Assembly (NCBI GenBank): GCA_002269645.1
Contig: NIVC01003376.1
Span: 1 to 64,000 of the forward strand
Direction of reading: 5' to 3'
Length of the DNA: 64,000 nt
Origin: Macrostomum lignano
Lineage: Eukaryota
The notes beneath the pieces are model-generated. The model saw nothing but the letters and a program-made list of their open reading frames with translations. It was not told the origin of the DNA and did no database searches. How positions within the stretch are numbered: position 1 is the first letter of the stretch; the number at the start of each line of letters is the position of its first letter. This document shows, in pieces, positions 1 through 11,500 of this stretch. The translations under genes and the position numbers were made by a program.

Positions 1-496
1 CAGGCATATATACTTGGTAAAACAGCTTTCTACTTTCAGTTCAGTAGCAAAGAAGAATACATAAGCTATTTTTATAAGAGCAGCGAAATGACTTTGATAA
101 GTTTAGAAGCCCAAAGCTTGCAGGCGTAAACAGCTTGCTAATTGGTACAGCAATAATGCACATTAGCCAGTCCACTGAAATGTACATGGCCGCTTTAGGC
201 TGGAATTCCGAGAAAGGCAATAAAAATTGGGGCGGGGCGGGGGTAGTGTGGAAATGCGCGGTTGAAGGTTGAATCTGGGGGGGGGGGTAAGAGCCAATAA
301 ATGAGCCTTGGCTTTAAAAGTACATTAAAATGCTTCTCTTTAACTTACTACTGAAGTGAAAGTAGCTTACACGCAAATGTGCTGAGTGAGTTCATCTAGT
401 TATTCTATTATCTGTGTAACCAACTGACAGTAATGTGTTATTTATAGTTACTAACCAGTATTGAATAACAAGGCAAACTGTCTGTCTAATCAACAG

Positions 497-2333
497 GTTC
501 TAGCGGAGACCCTGACCAAACGAGCTTTACAAAGCGTTGCTAAGCGACGAATCCTGCCCAGTCAGAGTCGCGTGATCGCCGGATCTAAGCGTAGTCTAGG
601 TATTAAAATTCAAGCCGAACTCAAAACTGGAGCTGTTATTAAACGCTAACGAGCCTCGGGCTAAAATTGTTATTGAAAATAAAGTCGATCTCGAAGGACC
701 ACCTTTGGCGTTTACCTACGTTACTAAACGGGTGCCGGGACCTGGCGTGTCGATTCCTGACGATCCGGTACTTGGCTGCACCTGCACGGACTGCTACGAG
801 GAGCGGCACTCGTGCGTAGCCAGTCACGTGCACAACGAAGGTCGCGTACCGTATACTAGGTGAGCTTCTATTATATTGATTTTTTGACAACTTATTTTGT
901 TGTCACGATAATTAGAGACAGTTTTTTCTACTGTTTTTAAGTAGTTTGTGCAGTGTCATTTAAATTTAACGTGAAAGCTAAAAATTTCCTTTTCTTGGGG
1001 TTTGCGACCTCATGAGTATATGGGGTTGAAAATGAACAACAAGCATTTAACTCGACTGATGTCTAGCTCAGCCTATGAGAGAGCAGTAAGGAAGAGGTTA
1101 AAGTCTGACGGATAAAACTCAGCCTAGGGCAGACCCAATCTGTCTCAGCCTATGAGAGAGCAGTAAGGAGAGGTTAAAGTCTGACAGATAAAACTCAGCC
1201 TATGGGCAGGCCCAATCTAGCTCAGCCAATGAGAGAGCAGTAAAGACAGAGGTTGAAGTCTGACGGATAAAACTCAGCCTTAGGGGCAGGCCCAATCTAG
1301 CTCAGCCAATGAGAGAGCAGTAAGGAGAGAGGTTAAAGTCTGACGGATAAAATTCAGCCTAGGGGCAGGCCCAATCTGTCTCAGCCAATGAGAGAGCAGT
1401 AAGGAGAGAGGTCAAAGTCAGACAAGAGGATTTATAAGAGGACAAATTGTTTATCGGTCTGGCTGAGGGCTGGGGCGCCACCCCTTTTCTCTTGCTCGCT
1501 ATGCACGCAAACTGTACATGCTCACCATGCTTGTAGGAAGGCGGCTGGCTATTGGTGCAGCTCCAAAACTTAAAATATTCGTATTTTGAGAAAAATTTGC
1601 TTAAAATAAGAATGGCCATAGACAACTACCATTGTTTTTTTTTTACAAATTGCAGACAGGGCCGGCTGCCGAACGTGCACGCCAGTTTTCCCATACACGA
1701 ATGCAATTCGTTGTGCAAATGCGGCCCAGATTGTCCGTTTCGAGTTGTACAGCGCGGCCGTCAGTTTGGTTTGGCCATCTATCGACCAAGAATCGCGGCT
1801 GGGGTGTTCGCACTCTGCAGCGCATTCCGCGCGGCTCCTTCGTTGTCGAATATGTCGGCGAGGTGGTCACCTTTGAGGAGGCCGAACGTCGAGGTCTTGA
1901 GTACGATCGCCAGGCACAGACCTATTTATTTGACCTGGATCTAGACGGCGAGCCGGTGTATTCTGTAGACGCTCGGGACTATGGCAATATAGCCCACTTT
2001 CTGAATCATTCCTGCAGTCCAAATCTGACTATTCGTTGCGTCTACACTCAGTGCATCGATAAAGACTTGCCACTATTGGCTCTATTCGCTGCAGAGCCAA
2101 TACCAAAAGGCGCCGAATTGACATTTGATTATCAAATGTCCGGCGCTATCAGTGCTGAACAGCAGCAGCAGCAACAACAGCTTGGCGCTGATGATGCGTC
2201 AGAAAGCGCCGCCGAGAATGCCAGTGTGGTGAGCAGCAGTGTCGGCGGTGCCAGCAGCGTCAATGGTGGCGGCTTAGCGCGCATGCGATGCCTGTGCGGT
2301 TCAGCCAACTGCCGGCGATTCCTGTTTGATTGA
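497..2333 (+). CDS. SUV39H: SUV39H-type histone H3K9 methyltransferase, 3' exons (pre-SET, SET, post-SET); 5' exons presumably upstream of the window
   Basis: Exons 497-859 and 1656-2333 (GT at 860, AG at 1654-1655, phase 2). Pre-[32 protein letters not shown]; SET motifs RGWGV, EYVGE, YLFDLD, NHSCSPN, ELTFDY; post-[16 protein letters not shown]. Needs frame corrections at ~625-630 and ~1785. Confidence 0.93.
1064..1425. repeat. ~78-bp tandem repeat, ~4.6 copies, in SUV39H intron
   Basis: ctcagcc(t/a)atgagagagcagtaa recurs at 1067, 1144, 1221, 1301, 1380. Confidence 0.9.
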
Positions 2334-3543
2334 CTTGATGAATTGTTAATAATTTACCAGCTTTAACAGTTAAGCGTGTTATAGTAGCTTAAGCCTACTT
2401 TTATATTCATTCATACCCATTGAGAATGTTACCGAGACTCCTGTGACTGTTAGAATCGTACTGTTAGAATCGTAAACGAGTCTCGAAACAAGTAGTCCAA
2501 AAGTCGTTGTGTTAGTGCTTAACTTTCTACTAACTCAAGTAGGCTAAATAGAGTTGTTATAAATACGAAATGCGATTCTCATTAATAAATTGACGCAGTT
2601 GCGCTTTAGACGTAACTCGGTGACTCTACAGATACTCTGGGCAAGCCTCAGGTACGACTTTACGCCTGAAATTGACTCTAAGGTGACTCTGACCACTTTT
2701 TGGTGACATCTCGTCTTATTAGAGTCGTCTAGAGTCACTTCTTTCTATTTTACCTGTGTAAGTAGCAACGACTCTTGGGCGACGGTGTAGGAAGTCAGCT
2801 TTTTAAAATCTAATTTGCCTACAAATTCAACTAAAATTATCAATGCAACAGCTGTCGACAGCATTAATACTTAGTATTGCCTATATATAGTAGTTTAAAG
2901 TAGTATTATACTATTAATGCAAAATTTTAACAACTATTTTCACCTATTTGCAGGGTTTAAGTTGCAATTGAAGTTGACAATTTTACTATTGTTTCACCGC
3001 TCACAATGCATTGCTTTACTGATGCTACTACTAGTAGTATATTTTGTGCAACCTAACACATTCTATTATACGAATATCTATAATATTTGCGAGTATGTAT
3101 TGTGCAAAAGGGCTCTTTTTCTACTATAGTTTTTATTGCTTCTTTAGTGCTTTTTCATCAATTAAAATTTCTCTACCAGTATGTACATTTTTTAACACAC
3201 ATTTTTACGCTGTTATTTCTTGCTTACTTTCTGCGTTCATGATAAAAATAAAATATGTTAATGCTTCTTATAACGGCAAAGCATTTTTATTTTATTGTAA
3301 ATTAATGCGGGGTCAAATATTTCTATTTTTTGTCCTTGTGTAACTTGAATGTTAAATCTTTTCAATGCAATTTTTGCTTGCTGTATTAGTAATTGTTTAG
3401 CTAAATAAAACTAGTCCAATAGTGACAAATGTGTCATTGATGTGTTAGTAAATTCTGTTATTTAGTATTGCTAAAATTTGGTATAGTGACAGGTTTTCTA
3501 CAGGTAAATGGAAGATAATTAATTAGCTGTGGGTTCTTATTAG

Positions 3544-4330
3544 GGTCAAGTGGCTTCTGCGAAGGTCAAGCGGTTCTAGGAAAGGTTAGATGGTTTTTTG
3601 GAAATGTCAGGTAACTTCTTGAAGGCTCAGATGGCTTCTGGAAGATCAAGTGGCTTCTGGAAAGGTCAAGTGGCTTCTGGGAAGGTCAGGTGGCTTCTGG
3701 AAGGTCAGGTGACTTCTGTGAAAGTCAGGTGACTTCTGGGAAGGTCAGGTGACTTCTGTGAAAGTCAGGTGACTTCTGGGAAGGTCAGGTGGCTTCTGGG
3801 AAGGTCGAGTGGCTTCTGGGAAGGTCAGGTGGCTTCTGGGAAGGTCGAGTGGCTTCTGGGAAGGTCAAGTGGCTTCTGGAAAGGTCAAGCGGTTCTAGGA
3901 AAGGTTAGATGGTTTTTTGGAAATGTCAGGTAACTTCTTGAAGGCTCAGGTGGCTTCTGGAAGATCAAATGGCTTCTGGAAAGGTCAAGTGGCTTCTGGG
4001 AAGGTCGAGTGGCTTCTGGGAAGGTCAGGTGACTTCTGTGAAAGTCAGGTGACTTCTGGGAAGGTCAGGTGGCTTCTGGGAAGGTCAGGTGACTTCTGGG
4101 AAGGTCAGGTGGCTTCTGGGAAGGTCGAGTGGCTTCTGGGAAGGTCAGGTGACTTCTGTGAAAGTCATGTGACTTCTGTGAAAGTCAGGTGGCTTCTGGG
4201 AAGGTCAGGTGACTTCTGTGAAAGTCAGGTGACTTCTGGGAAGGTCAGGTGGCTTCTGGGAAGGTCGAGTGGCTTCTGAGAAGGTCAGGTGGCTTCTGGG
4301 AAGGTCGAGTGGCTTCTGGGAAGGTCAGGT
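3544..4330. repeat. 20-bp minisatellite (gaaggtcaggtggcttctgg)
   Basis: Direct reading of the array; ORF 3917-4279 is an artefact of it. Confidence 0.95.
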
Positions 4331-4435
4331 ATAGATAATTTAGAGGGTGTTTAATTTTTTAAGATCGGATGATTGAGAAGTGGAAAGTTCAAGTGAATCT
4401 TCAAATTGAGAAACTCATCCACTGTAAACCACCCC

Positions 4436-5635
4436 ATGCTGTCGCTAGCTAACGCAGTGCTGCGCGGCTGGCAGTCGCCGGTGCGCCTGCTCGCGCATCG
4501 ACAATGGTTGGCCATGTCGCATCGGAAACAGATGAAACTAGAATACGAGATTAACCTGGACTTTTCCTGGGTGCCAATCGACGAGAATGGCAGGCGGAAG
4601 CCTCTGATCTATTTGACAGATGCCAGCAAAACGCCGGAAGATGTGCTAAATAATCTAGACAATTTTGATAAGCAGCGAATGCGCGAAATTGGCGAACAGA
4701 TTGACATCCAGGCTGCTCTTGGCAAGTCTAGGGTGCCGGATAAGAGCAAGCTTACTAGCTTCGATTGGGTGCAGTTGTTGTCCTGCAATTCCACCGGTAC
4801 ATTGGGCAAGAAACTCTTTTACTTGGCCACAAAGCAGAACTCTGAGGCTAGCGCATTGGAGAAGAAAGCGATTAAAAAGAGAAGCACAGTGAAGCAGGAG
4901 TTGGCTCCAAGCTATGACTATATCCATCCTAGGATTGAAAAAACTGAAATTAAAGCATTCTACGATATGCGATTGATTCAGGAATACAAGTTCTGTCCAT
5001 CTCTTGTATTCGACATGTCATTCCACGAGGAAATGAAGTTAAAGTTCCTAATGGACTTCGCCAATCAATTAAGAGAAATCTTTCACACGAATCGCGAATC
5101 TGTAGAACCGTTTCAATTGCACTTTTGCAATCTGGCTAGGGATACTCAGCAATACTACGTGCTTAATCGGGCGCTTAAAAGCTACGATTATGGCATTGGC
5201 GAGTTCTCTTCGCACGAAAGCTTTGAAGATAGTTGGCCATACGAATTCACTGACGCTTGTTATACGTCGCTGTTTCCAGCCAAGGATCTGATCTACATGT
5301 CGCCGGATGCTAAATACGAAATGAGAGATTACGATCCTACTAAAGTGTACATTATTGGCGGCCTAGTTGATCTGGGCGGCGGCTGCGTTGGCGCTACCAA
5401 GTCGAAGGCGACCCGTCAGGGCATTCGAAGTTTACGCCTGCCGCGCAGCATCGCGTCCAGGTCGTTGCCACTGAACATCTTCTACAACATTATACGGGAT
5501 ATTCGTCTAACCGGCTCCTGGGTAGAAGCTAGGAGGCACGTACCGAGACGGATATCTGAGCAGCGAATTATTCAATCGCCTACTGCTCAGCAGTCACTGT
5601 TGCACGGGTATCAGCCACGGTCTGGAGGCTTCTAG
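4436..5635 (+). CDS. TRMT10C: TRMT10C/MRPP1-like mitochondrial tRNA m1R9 methyltransferase (RNase P subunit), copy 1, intronless
   Basis: ATG 4436 starts an Arg-rich, acid-free transit-like N-terminus. TRM10 SPOUT motifs LVFDMSF, NRESVEPFQLHFCNL, LIYMSPDA, VYIIGGLVD, SLRLP, GSW..HVPRR. Confidence 0.88.
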   Translation: MLSLANAVLRGWQSPVRLLAHRQWLAMSHRKQMKLEYEINLDFSWVPIDENGRRKPLIYLTDASKTPEDVLNNLDNFDKQRMREIGEQIDIQAALGKSRVPDKSKLTSFDWVQLLSCNSTGTLGKKLFYLATKQNSEASALEKKAIKKRSTVKQELAPSYDYIHPRIEKTEIKAFYDMRLIQEYKFCPSLVFDMSFHEEMKLKFLMDFANQLREIFHTNRESVEPFQLHFCNLARDTQQYYVLNRALKSYDYGIGEFSSHESFEDSWPYEFTDACYTSLFPAKDLIYMSPDAKYEMRDYDPTKVYIIGGLVDLGGGCVGATKSKATRQGIRSLRLPRSIASRSLPLNIFYNIIRDIRLTGSWVEARRHVPRRISEQRIIQSPTAQQSLLHGYQPRSGGF

Positions 5636-5797
5636 TAATGACTGAGACCAATGAAAACAGTTGTAAAGAATGAGACGCTTCGTCTCTATTAAAGATTTTT
5701 AAAGGCCTACATTTTGAGTTGAGCTCACTTGTGGTTGGTTACAATTGACAATTAAGTCAAGATTTGCAATCAAATCAAGTAAGAGGAGAGAAACAAA

Positions 5798-6146
5798 AAA
5801 GGGCCTGTCAACTTATGCTCATGGGGTGGAGCCCGAGTAACCTATGTACACAAATGATGCGTCATTCTGCTCACAGTGACATCAGAAAGCTGGATTTGGC
5901 AAGAAAAAGCTACAAATATTGGACCTGGGATAGGAGAGAACAAGCAAGGGGACAATTAAGGATTATTATGTAAACTTAAGCTTATGAAACTTATGAATCC
6001 CTAATTGTCCCATTGCTTGTTATCTCCTATCCAGGTAGCTTTTTGCCAAATCCAGCTTCCTGATGTCACTGTGAGCAGAATGACATGTCATTTGTGTACA
6101 TGGTTACTCGGGCTCCACTTTATGAACATAAGTTGACAGGCCCTTT
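5798..6146. mobile_element. Foldback/MITE-like inverted repeat between the TRMT10C paralogs
   Basis: Arms of ~150 bp are near-perfect reverse complements (aaagggcctgtcaacttatg ... cataagttgacaggcccttt). No clear TSD. Confidence 0.8.
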
Positions 6147-6829
6147 CATAAATTACCGTTTTTGAAAATGCGGCTTTCGAATTCATTTAGGAAACGATTT
6201 GTACATTTGTTATACTCCTTGCTAATAACGTTTTTGTTCGAAATTGGCCAATAGCGATGTGACATGAAAAGTTAAATCAAGCTGTCGAAAATTCTCGCAT
6301 TTATTGATTTCTGCTGTCAGTTGTCACGGCCTGGTAGAAGAGCAAGCTATATAGCATCGTCTATTTTGAGTCAATTTGATCGTAGGTGGCTTCATGGTAG
6401 TACTGCTTTTTCAACTTAAACTATTATTTTCGTTACTATCGGCGGCATTTCGAGTTTTGCATCTTCTTGTTGTATTTGTTACACTAAGTGAGCTTAAGCG
6501 AGTTGAAATGCTTGTTATGTTTCTGAATTAATCATGTAACAATTTTTCCATCTCATTGCAATACGTACTCTATGCATGCCGTTATATAACTGGTATTTTA
6601 ACAGCTTTAAATAAACAAACCAATTTTATGTAGCTTTTTGTGAAAGTTTAAGAGTTACCCTTTGATTACAGATTTATCGCATTGAATTTTGCTTAAAAGA
6701 GAATCCAGAGATTCTCAAAAGCTCTGGAAATTATTTTAACCAAGCAGGGATCGATGTCAGCAGTGTCTCCATGTCGTGTCTCTACTAATCATATCGCCTG
6801 TCGTATTTCAGCCATTTGTTGATAACGAC

Positions 6830-7883
6830 ATGCTTCAAGCATTCAGACGAGCATTATTGTGCGCATCCAACTGTTTCGGTGGACACATCAACAAGCGATG
6901 GTATCCTAGACGGGGTACCTGGGTATTGAATCCGCCGCAGCCTTACCAGCTGCAGATGGACTTCTCTACTCCTTTGGCCATTCCTAACTTCGACGATGGC
7001 TATCGAGCTGTACAGAATCTATTCGACAATCTGACTGACCTGCAAAAGTCACGGCTAGATTGTCTTCGAGTGCAGTTAGAGTTACTCAAGCCGTACGCAT
7101 CGGAAAGTTTTTGTTTACCAGACTGTGATAAAATCTTTGACAAACAATGGCTGGAGTTGTTGGCTTGCAAAAATTCTAGGTCGTTAGATCGTCAGCTGTT
7201 TAAAATCTATCGACTTCAGATTGCGCACTCGAAGGATCCGCTGGCGAATGTAGAAACAGAGCACGGCGCCGTACCGCTTTGGTGCATCAGGGACTGCTCA
7301 GCATTCTATAATTATAGACTTCAGTCTGAGCTGCAGTTCTGCGACAGATTGATTATTGATTTGGCTTTCGATTCGATTATGTCGCCTAAAAGTCTCGCCT
7401 CGTTTGTGCACGAATTTCGTCACGCTATTCGTTTTCAATCGGGAGAGTCGCCAGCCGTTTCGACTGCACTTGTGCGGTCCTCGATTGGCCGGCTCAGCCC
7501 AGTCAAAGTCTTTGTTTCGTATGCTTTTTCCCGGCGGTTTCAAGAGCAGAGAAGACTGGGAGAAAGGAATGCTAGCCGTTATGAACGAGCAATCGTTGTA
7601 CGACATGTCGGATGGCTGTTTTTCTACTTTGTTAACCAATATTGACGACGTTGTCTACATTGTCCCGGGCTCGCGGAATCGTCTGAATGCTTACGATCCT
7701 CAGAAGACTTACGTCTTACCTGGATACGCCTATCGTCTGACGGAGATGCAGTCTGCGGCTGTGCAGCGAGCCAAGTCACTTGGTCTGAAATGCTACTCAC
7801 TGCCCTGGAATGTTGATCCGCGCTTGTTCAAATTCATGCAAGCGATGCTTGCGTTCAAGAATAGACGATTCTTTGTTGAGTAG
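6830..7883 (+). CDS. TRMT10C-like paralog, copy 2; one frameshift in a T run at 7432-7435 (assembly error or pseudogene); degenerate SAM-binding motif
   Basis: ORFs 6776-7645 and 7356-7883 join if one T is removed, giving ~350 aa colinear with copy 1 (WLELLAC, LIIDLAFD, NRESRQPFRLHLC, VVYIVP, YDPQKTY, YSLP). Confidence 0.8.
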
Positions 7884-8569
7884 CTAAAAAGAAAGAGCTG
7901 TTAACTTTGTCGTTATCATCGATTGGTGTTTTGTATCGTTGAAAATTTTAGAGCAAAAAAACTTTCAATAAAATATACAGGCATTTGACCACCAGCGGTT
8001 TACCGTCCTTTCGGATTTTAGCATTGGTCTTTTTGTAAAGTTGCGTAAATCGTCAAAATTACACTTTTTTCGTTTTTTCTTTCTTTACTGCATTGAGAGA
8101 TAACCGTCTTTTAGGAGCATATGTTAAGTTTTCTAGTTAAGCACAATCGGGAAAGCCTTTATTCAAAATTTAGAATTTTTATATTGCCTTTAAATGCGAC
8201 TGCACTGCAATGAAGTTGTTTGGTATCTGCTGACTCTTAAACTTCTTAATCTCAAATAGTCTAAACTAAGCCAGGCAACTCTTCTTCGATAGCTGTTCTG
8301 TTTTCTTTTTTCGGAGCCGACATTTATAATTTCCCTTTAGGCTTGAAGTGGTTGGCTGTAGCATGATAGAATGTAGAGTTTCTCCTATAAGATTCCGCTG
8401 CCACTGATAAAGGCTCTGAGCTGCTGCCTGTATTTGCTTCACTGTTTTAAAACAGCGGATTCAAAAGCTCGACTATCTTAGCAAGATAGCAACCCTGTCT
8501 AAGCTAGACTGTTAAACTAACGCAGCAATTTTGTACCATTGCTAAATTGGGTTCATTGAATCAACTGTC

Positions 8570-11500
8570 ATGGCTTATAGTCGAGCAGTGTTAGCCCTGA
8601 CACTGCTACTGGCAGCAGTTCCTCTTGCTCTGACTGCACCTGGACCTGCCGCTCGACCCAACAACAACAACAACGAACGATTGTTAAGTCGAGTCCGACG
8701 GATAATCGGCAATGCGGACGAGGTCAATGAAGAAGAGAAGCAGAGACTGTTTCCATTCTCTGTGACCATTACCGGCTCCTACTATGTTAGGGTGCCAAAA
8801 AAGATTGGCTTCATCACTTTGAATGTTCCTGTTAAGAGGCAAGTGCACTGCGGTGCCAGCATACTGGATAGGAATCATGTTATCACGGCGGCGCATTGCC
8901 TGCTGGATGAAGATGGGGACCTGTGAGTGCATTAGCGTCCGTGTAAATGTTTTATCGGTTTTGGACCAGGGTTAGGCAATCTTTTTTACTTTAAGGGCCA
9001 GACAGAGAATCTACTAAATAACTGCGGGCCGAAGGAGGGGTGAGAGAGTGGAGATGGGATGAGAGAATGAAAAAGAGAGGAAAGTAGAAGAGAGAGAGTT
9101 GAGAAGAGTGGAAAGGAGAGGAGAGAATATAGGAAAGGGAAAAATGGAGATGGGATGAGAGAAGGGAGATGAAATGAGAGAATTGATAGAAGAGGAGAGA
9201 ATGGAGAAGAGAGGAAAATGGATAGGAAAGGGGAGAATGAAGAGGAGATAATAGAATGGAGAGAAGAGAGGAAAGGAGAGGAGGGTAGAATAGAGAAGAG
9301 AGGAGAGAAAAGAGAAGAGATTTTTCGAGAGAAGAGAGCTGAAAAGAGTCATAAACCTTGAGCGGGCCGGATTGCTATTGTGAAGTTTCAAAGGACCCGA
9401 TGGCCAGAGAGAGGCTTCACGGGCCAGAGTTAGCCCACACCTTGTTTAGACTATATGCTGTAGATACTCACTTATATTACTCACGCCTTTCAGAATCGCT
9501 TCAACTAGTTGGAAAGTGTACATGCATAGTATTAAACGTAAGCCATCGATGTACGAACGCATGAAGAGCTGGTTTGCTCGCAAAGCGTCCAAGTGAGTAC
9601 GCGTTATTAAGCTTTGTAGGTCTTTGTAGCTTCTCAGCGATTGATCGATGCTTCTCATGCAAAAAGTGTGTACAGTTAATAAAAAATAGCATTTCGATGC
9701 CCACTTGATCTAAACACCCAGGTTAACGGGAAAGAACATAGCGGAAAATGTGGCCCATCACGCTCATTTTAAGAAGATTCACATTCATCCAAGCTACGAT
9801 AAAGGTGAGGTACTACTTAACTATACTTTCTCAGGTTCTTACTGACTTTTGAATCGGATATCGTCATTAAAACTCCAATGGCCTGGTTATCAGCCCATCA
9901 ATTAGCTCGTAATATACGCCCAACAAACAAAAATGCTACTCCCCAGGCAGCATCCTACACGATGTAGCCGTCATTGAGACGTCCGATATTCGTTACGACC
10001 AAATCAGCCATGCCGGGCCCATTGGTCTGCCGCCGAGCGAGGTAGTGCGGGCCGACGGTCCAACCCCTGGCACGCTGTGTGACTACTCTGGCTGGGGCTG
10101 CACTCGTCCGAAGGGCAGCGTTCGAGAGAAACTACTGATGGCGCAGTTCACTGTTAAACCGTTGGGCGATTGCACCAGCGTCTTTCAGGGAGGAGATTCG
10201 GCGTTTTGGCAAAAGAATTTGTGCGTTCAGGCCAATAGGACGACAGTGTGTCCGGTGAGAAGAAGCTATAGCAATATGGAAGCGACTCCTTGTGGACTTA
10301 TTTATTTGTGGACTCCTTGTGGAGTATTTAAAAACCATAGGATGTAGCAAACAACAGAAGGGTATAGCTTTGACTTACTTGACTTAGCTGCAGGGCTGTC
10401 CCGGAGGGGACACAGCGGGAAGGCGCGGGCGCCCATTCCGCTAGTCCCTGAACGGCCGACGCGTCGCTATGGACGGAGGGTTGGCGCCGCCCAGGGAGGT
10501 CCCCCAGTGTCGCCAGCAGCTATAGTGCTCTCTGGAAAGGAGAGTTCAGCCCTGCGGGTGGCCCGAAGGTAGCGCATGAGCTGATTAAAGTTTTCGGGTT
10601 TGCACGCTTCAGTAATAGATGTGTGTGGCCCGAGGTAAGTGAGTCTGGCCCGCGTGAAGGCGGGACAGATGCTGACGAAATGCTCAGCGGTTTCGTCACC
10701 TGAGTTGCAGAAACTACAGGTGGCGTTGGTGGCGTTGCCCTGCAGGTACTGGTGCCTGGAGAAGCAGCCGTGACCAGAGAGGGTCATGGTGGCAGCCCGG
10801 ATGTCTCTGCGCGAGAGGCGCAAGAGGAGCTTCCGGAGCTGGTGAGAGGGCTGAGGGACAGCGCCTCTGGATTGCCTGCAGGTAGTGCAGTTCGCCCAAG
10901 TCGAGCGGTGCTGGGTCCTGATCCACGCTTTGATGCGCGAGTCGATGACACAGCCAGGAATCGAAGGGTATAGCACACAACAGCAGAGTATAGCAAACAA
11001 CAGCAGAGTATAGCAAACAACAGAAGGGTATAGCACACAACAGCAGAGTATAGCAAACAACAGCAGAGTATAGCAAACAACAGAAGGGTATAGCACACAA
11101 CAGCAGAGTATAGCAAACAACAGAAGGGTATAGCAAACAACAGAAGGGCATAGCAAACAACAGAAGGGTATAGCAAACAACAGAAGGGTATAGCAAACAA
11201 CAGAAGTGTATAGCAAACAACAGAAGGACATAGCAAACAACAGAAGGGTATAACAAACAACAGAAGGGTATAACAAACAACAGAAGGGTATAACAAACAA
11301 CAGAAGTGTATAGCAAACAACAGAAGTGTATAGCAAACAACAGAAGGGCATAACAAACAACAGAAGGGTATAGCAAACAACAGAAGTGTATAGTAAACAA
11401 CAGAAGGGCATAGCAAAGAACAGAAGGGTATAACAAACAACAGAAGGGTATAACAAACAACAGAAGGGTATAACAAACAACAGAAGGGTAAAGCAAACAA

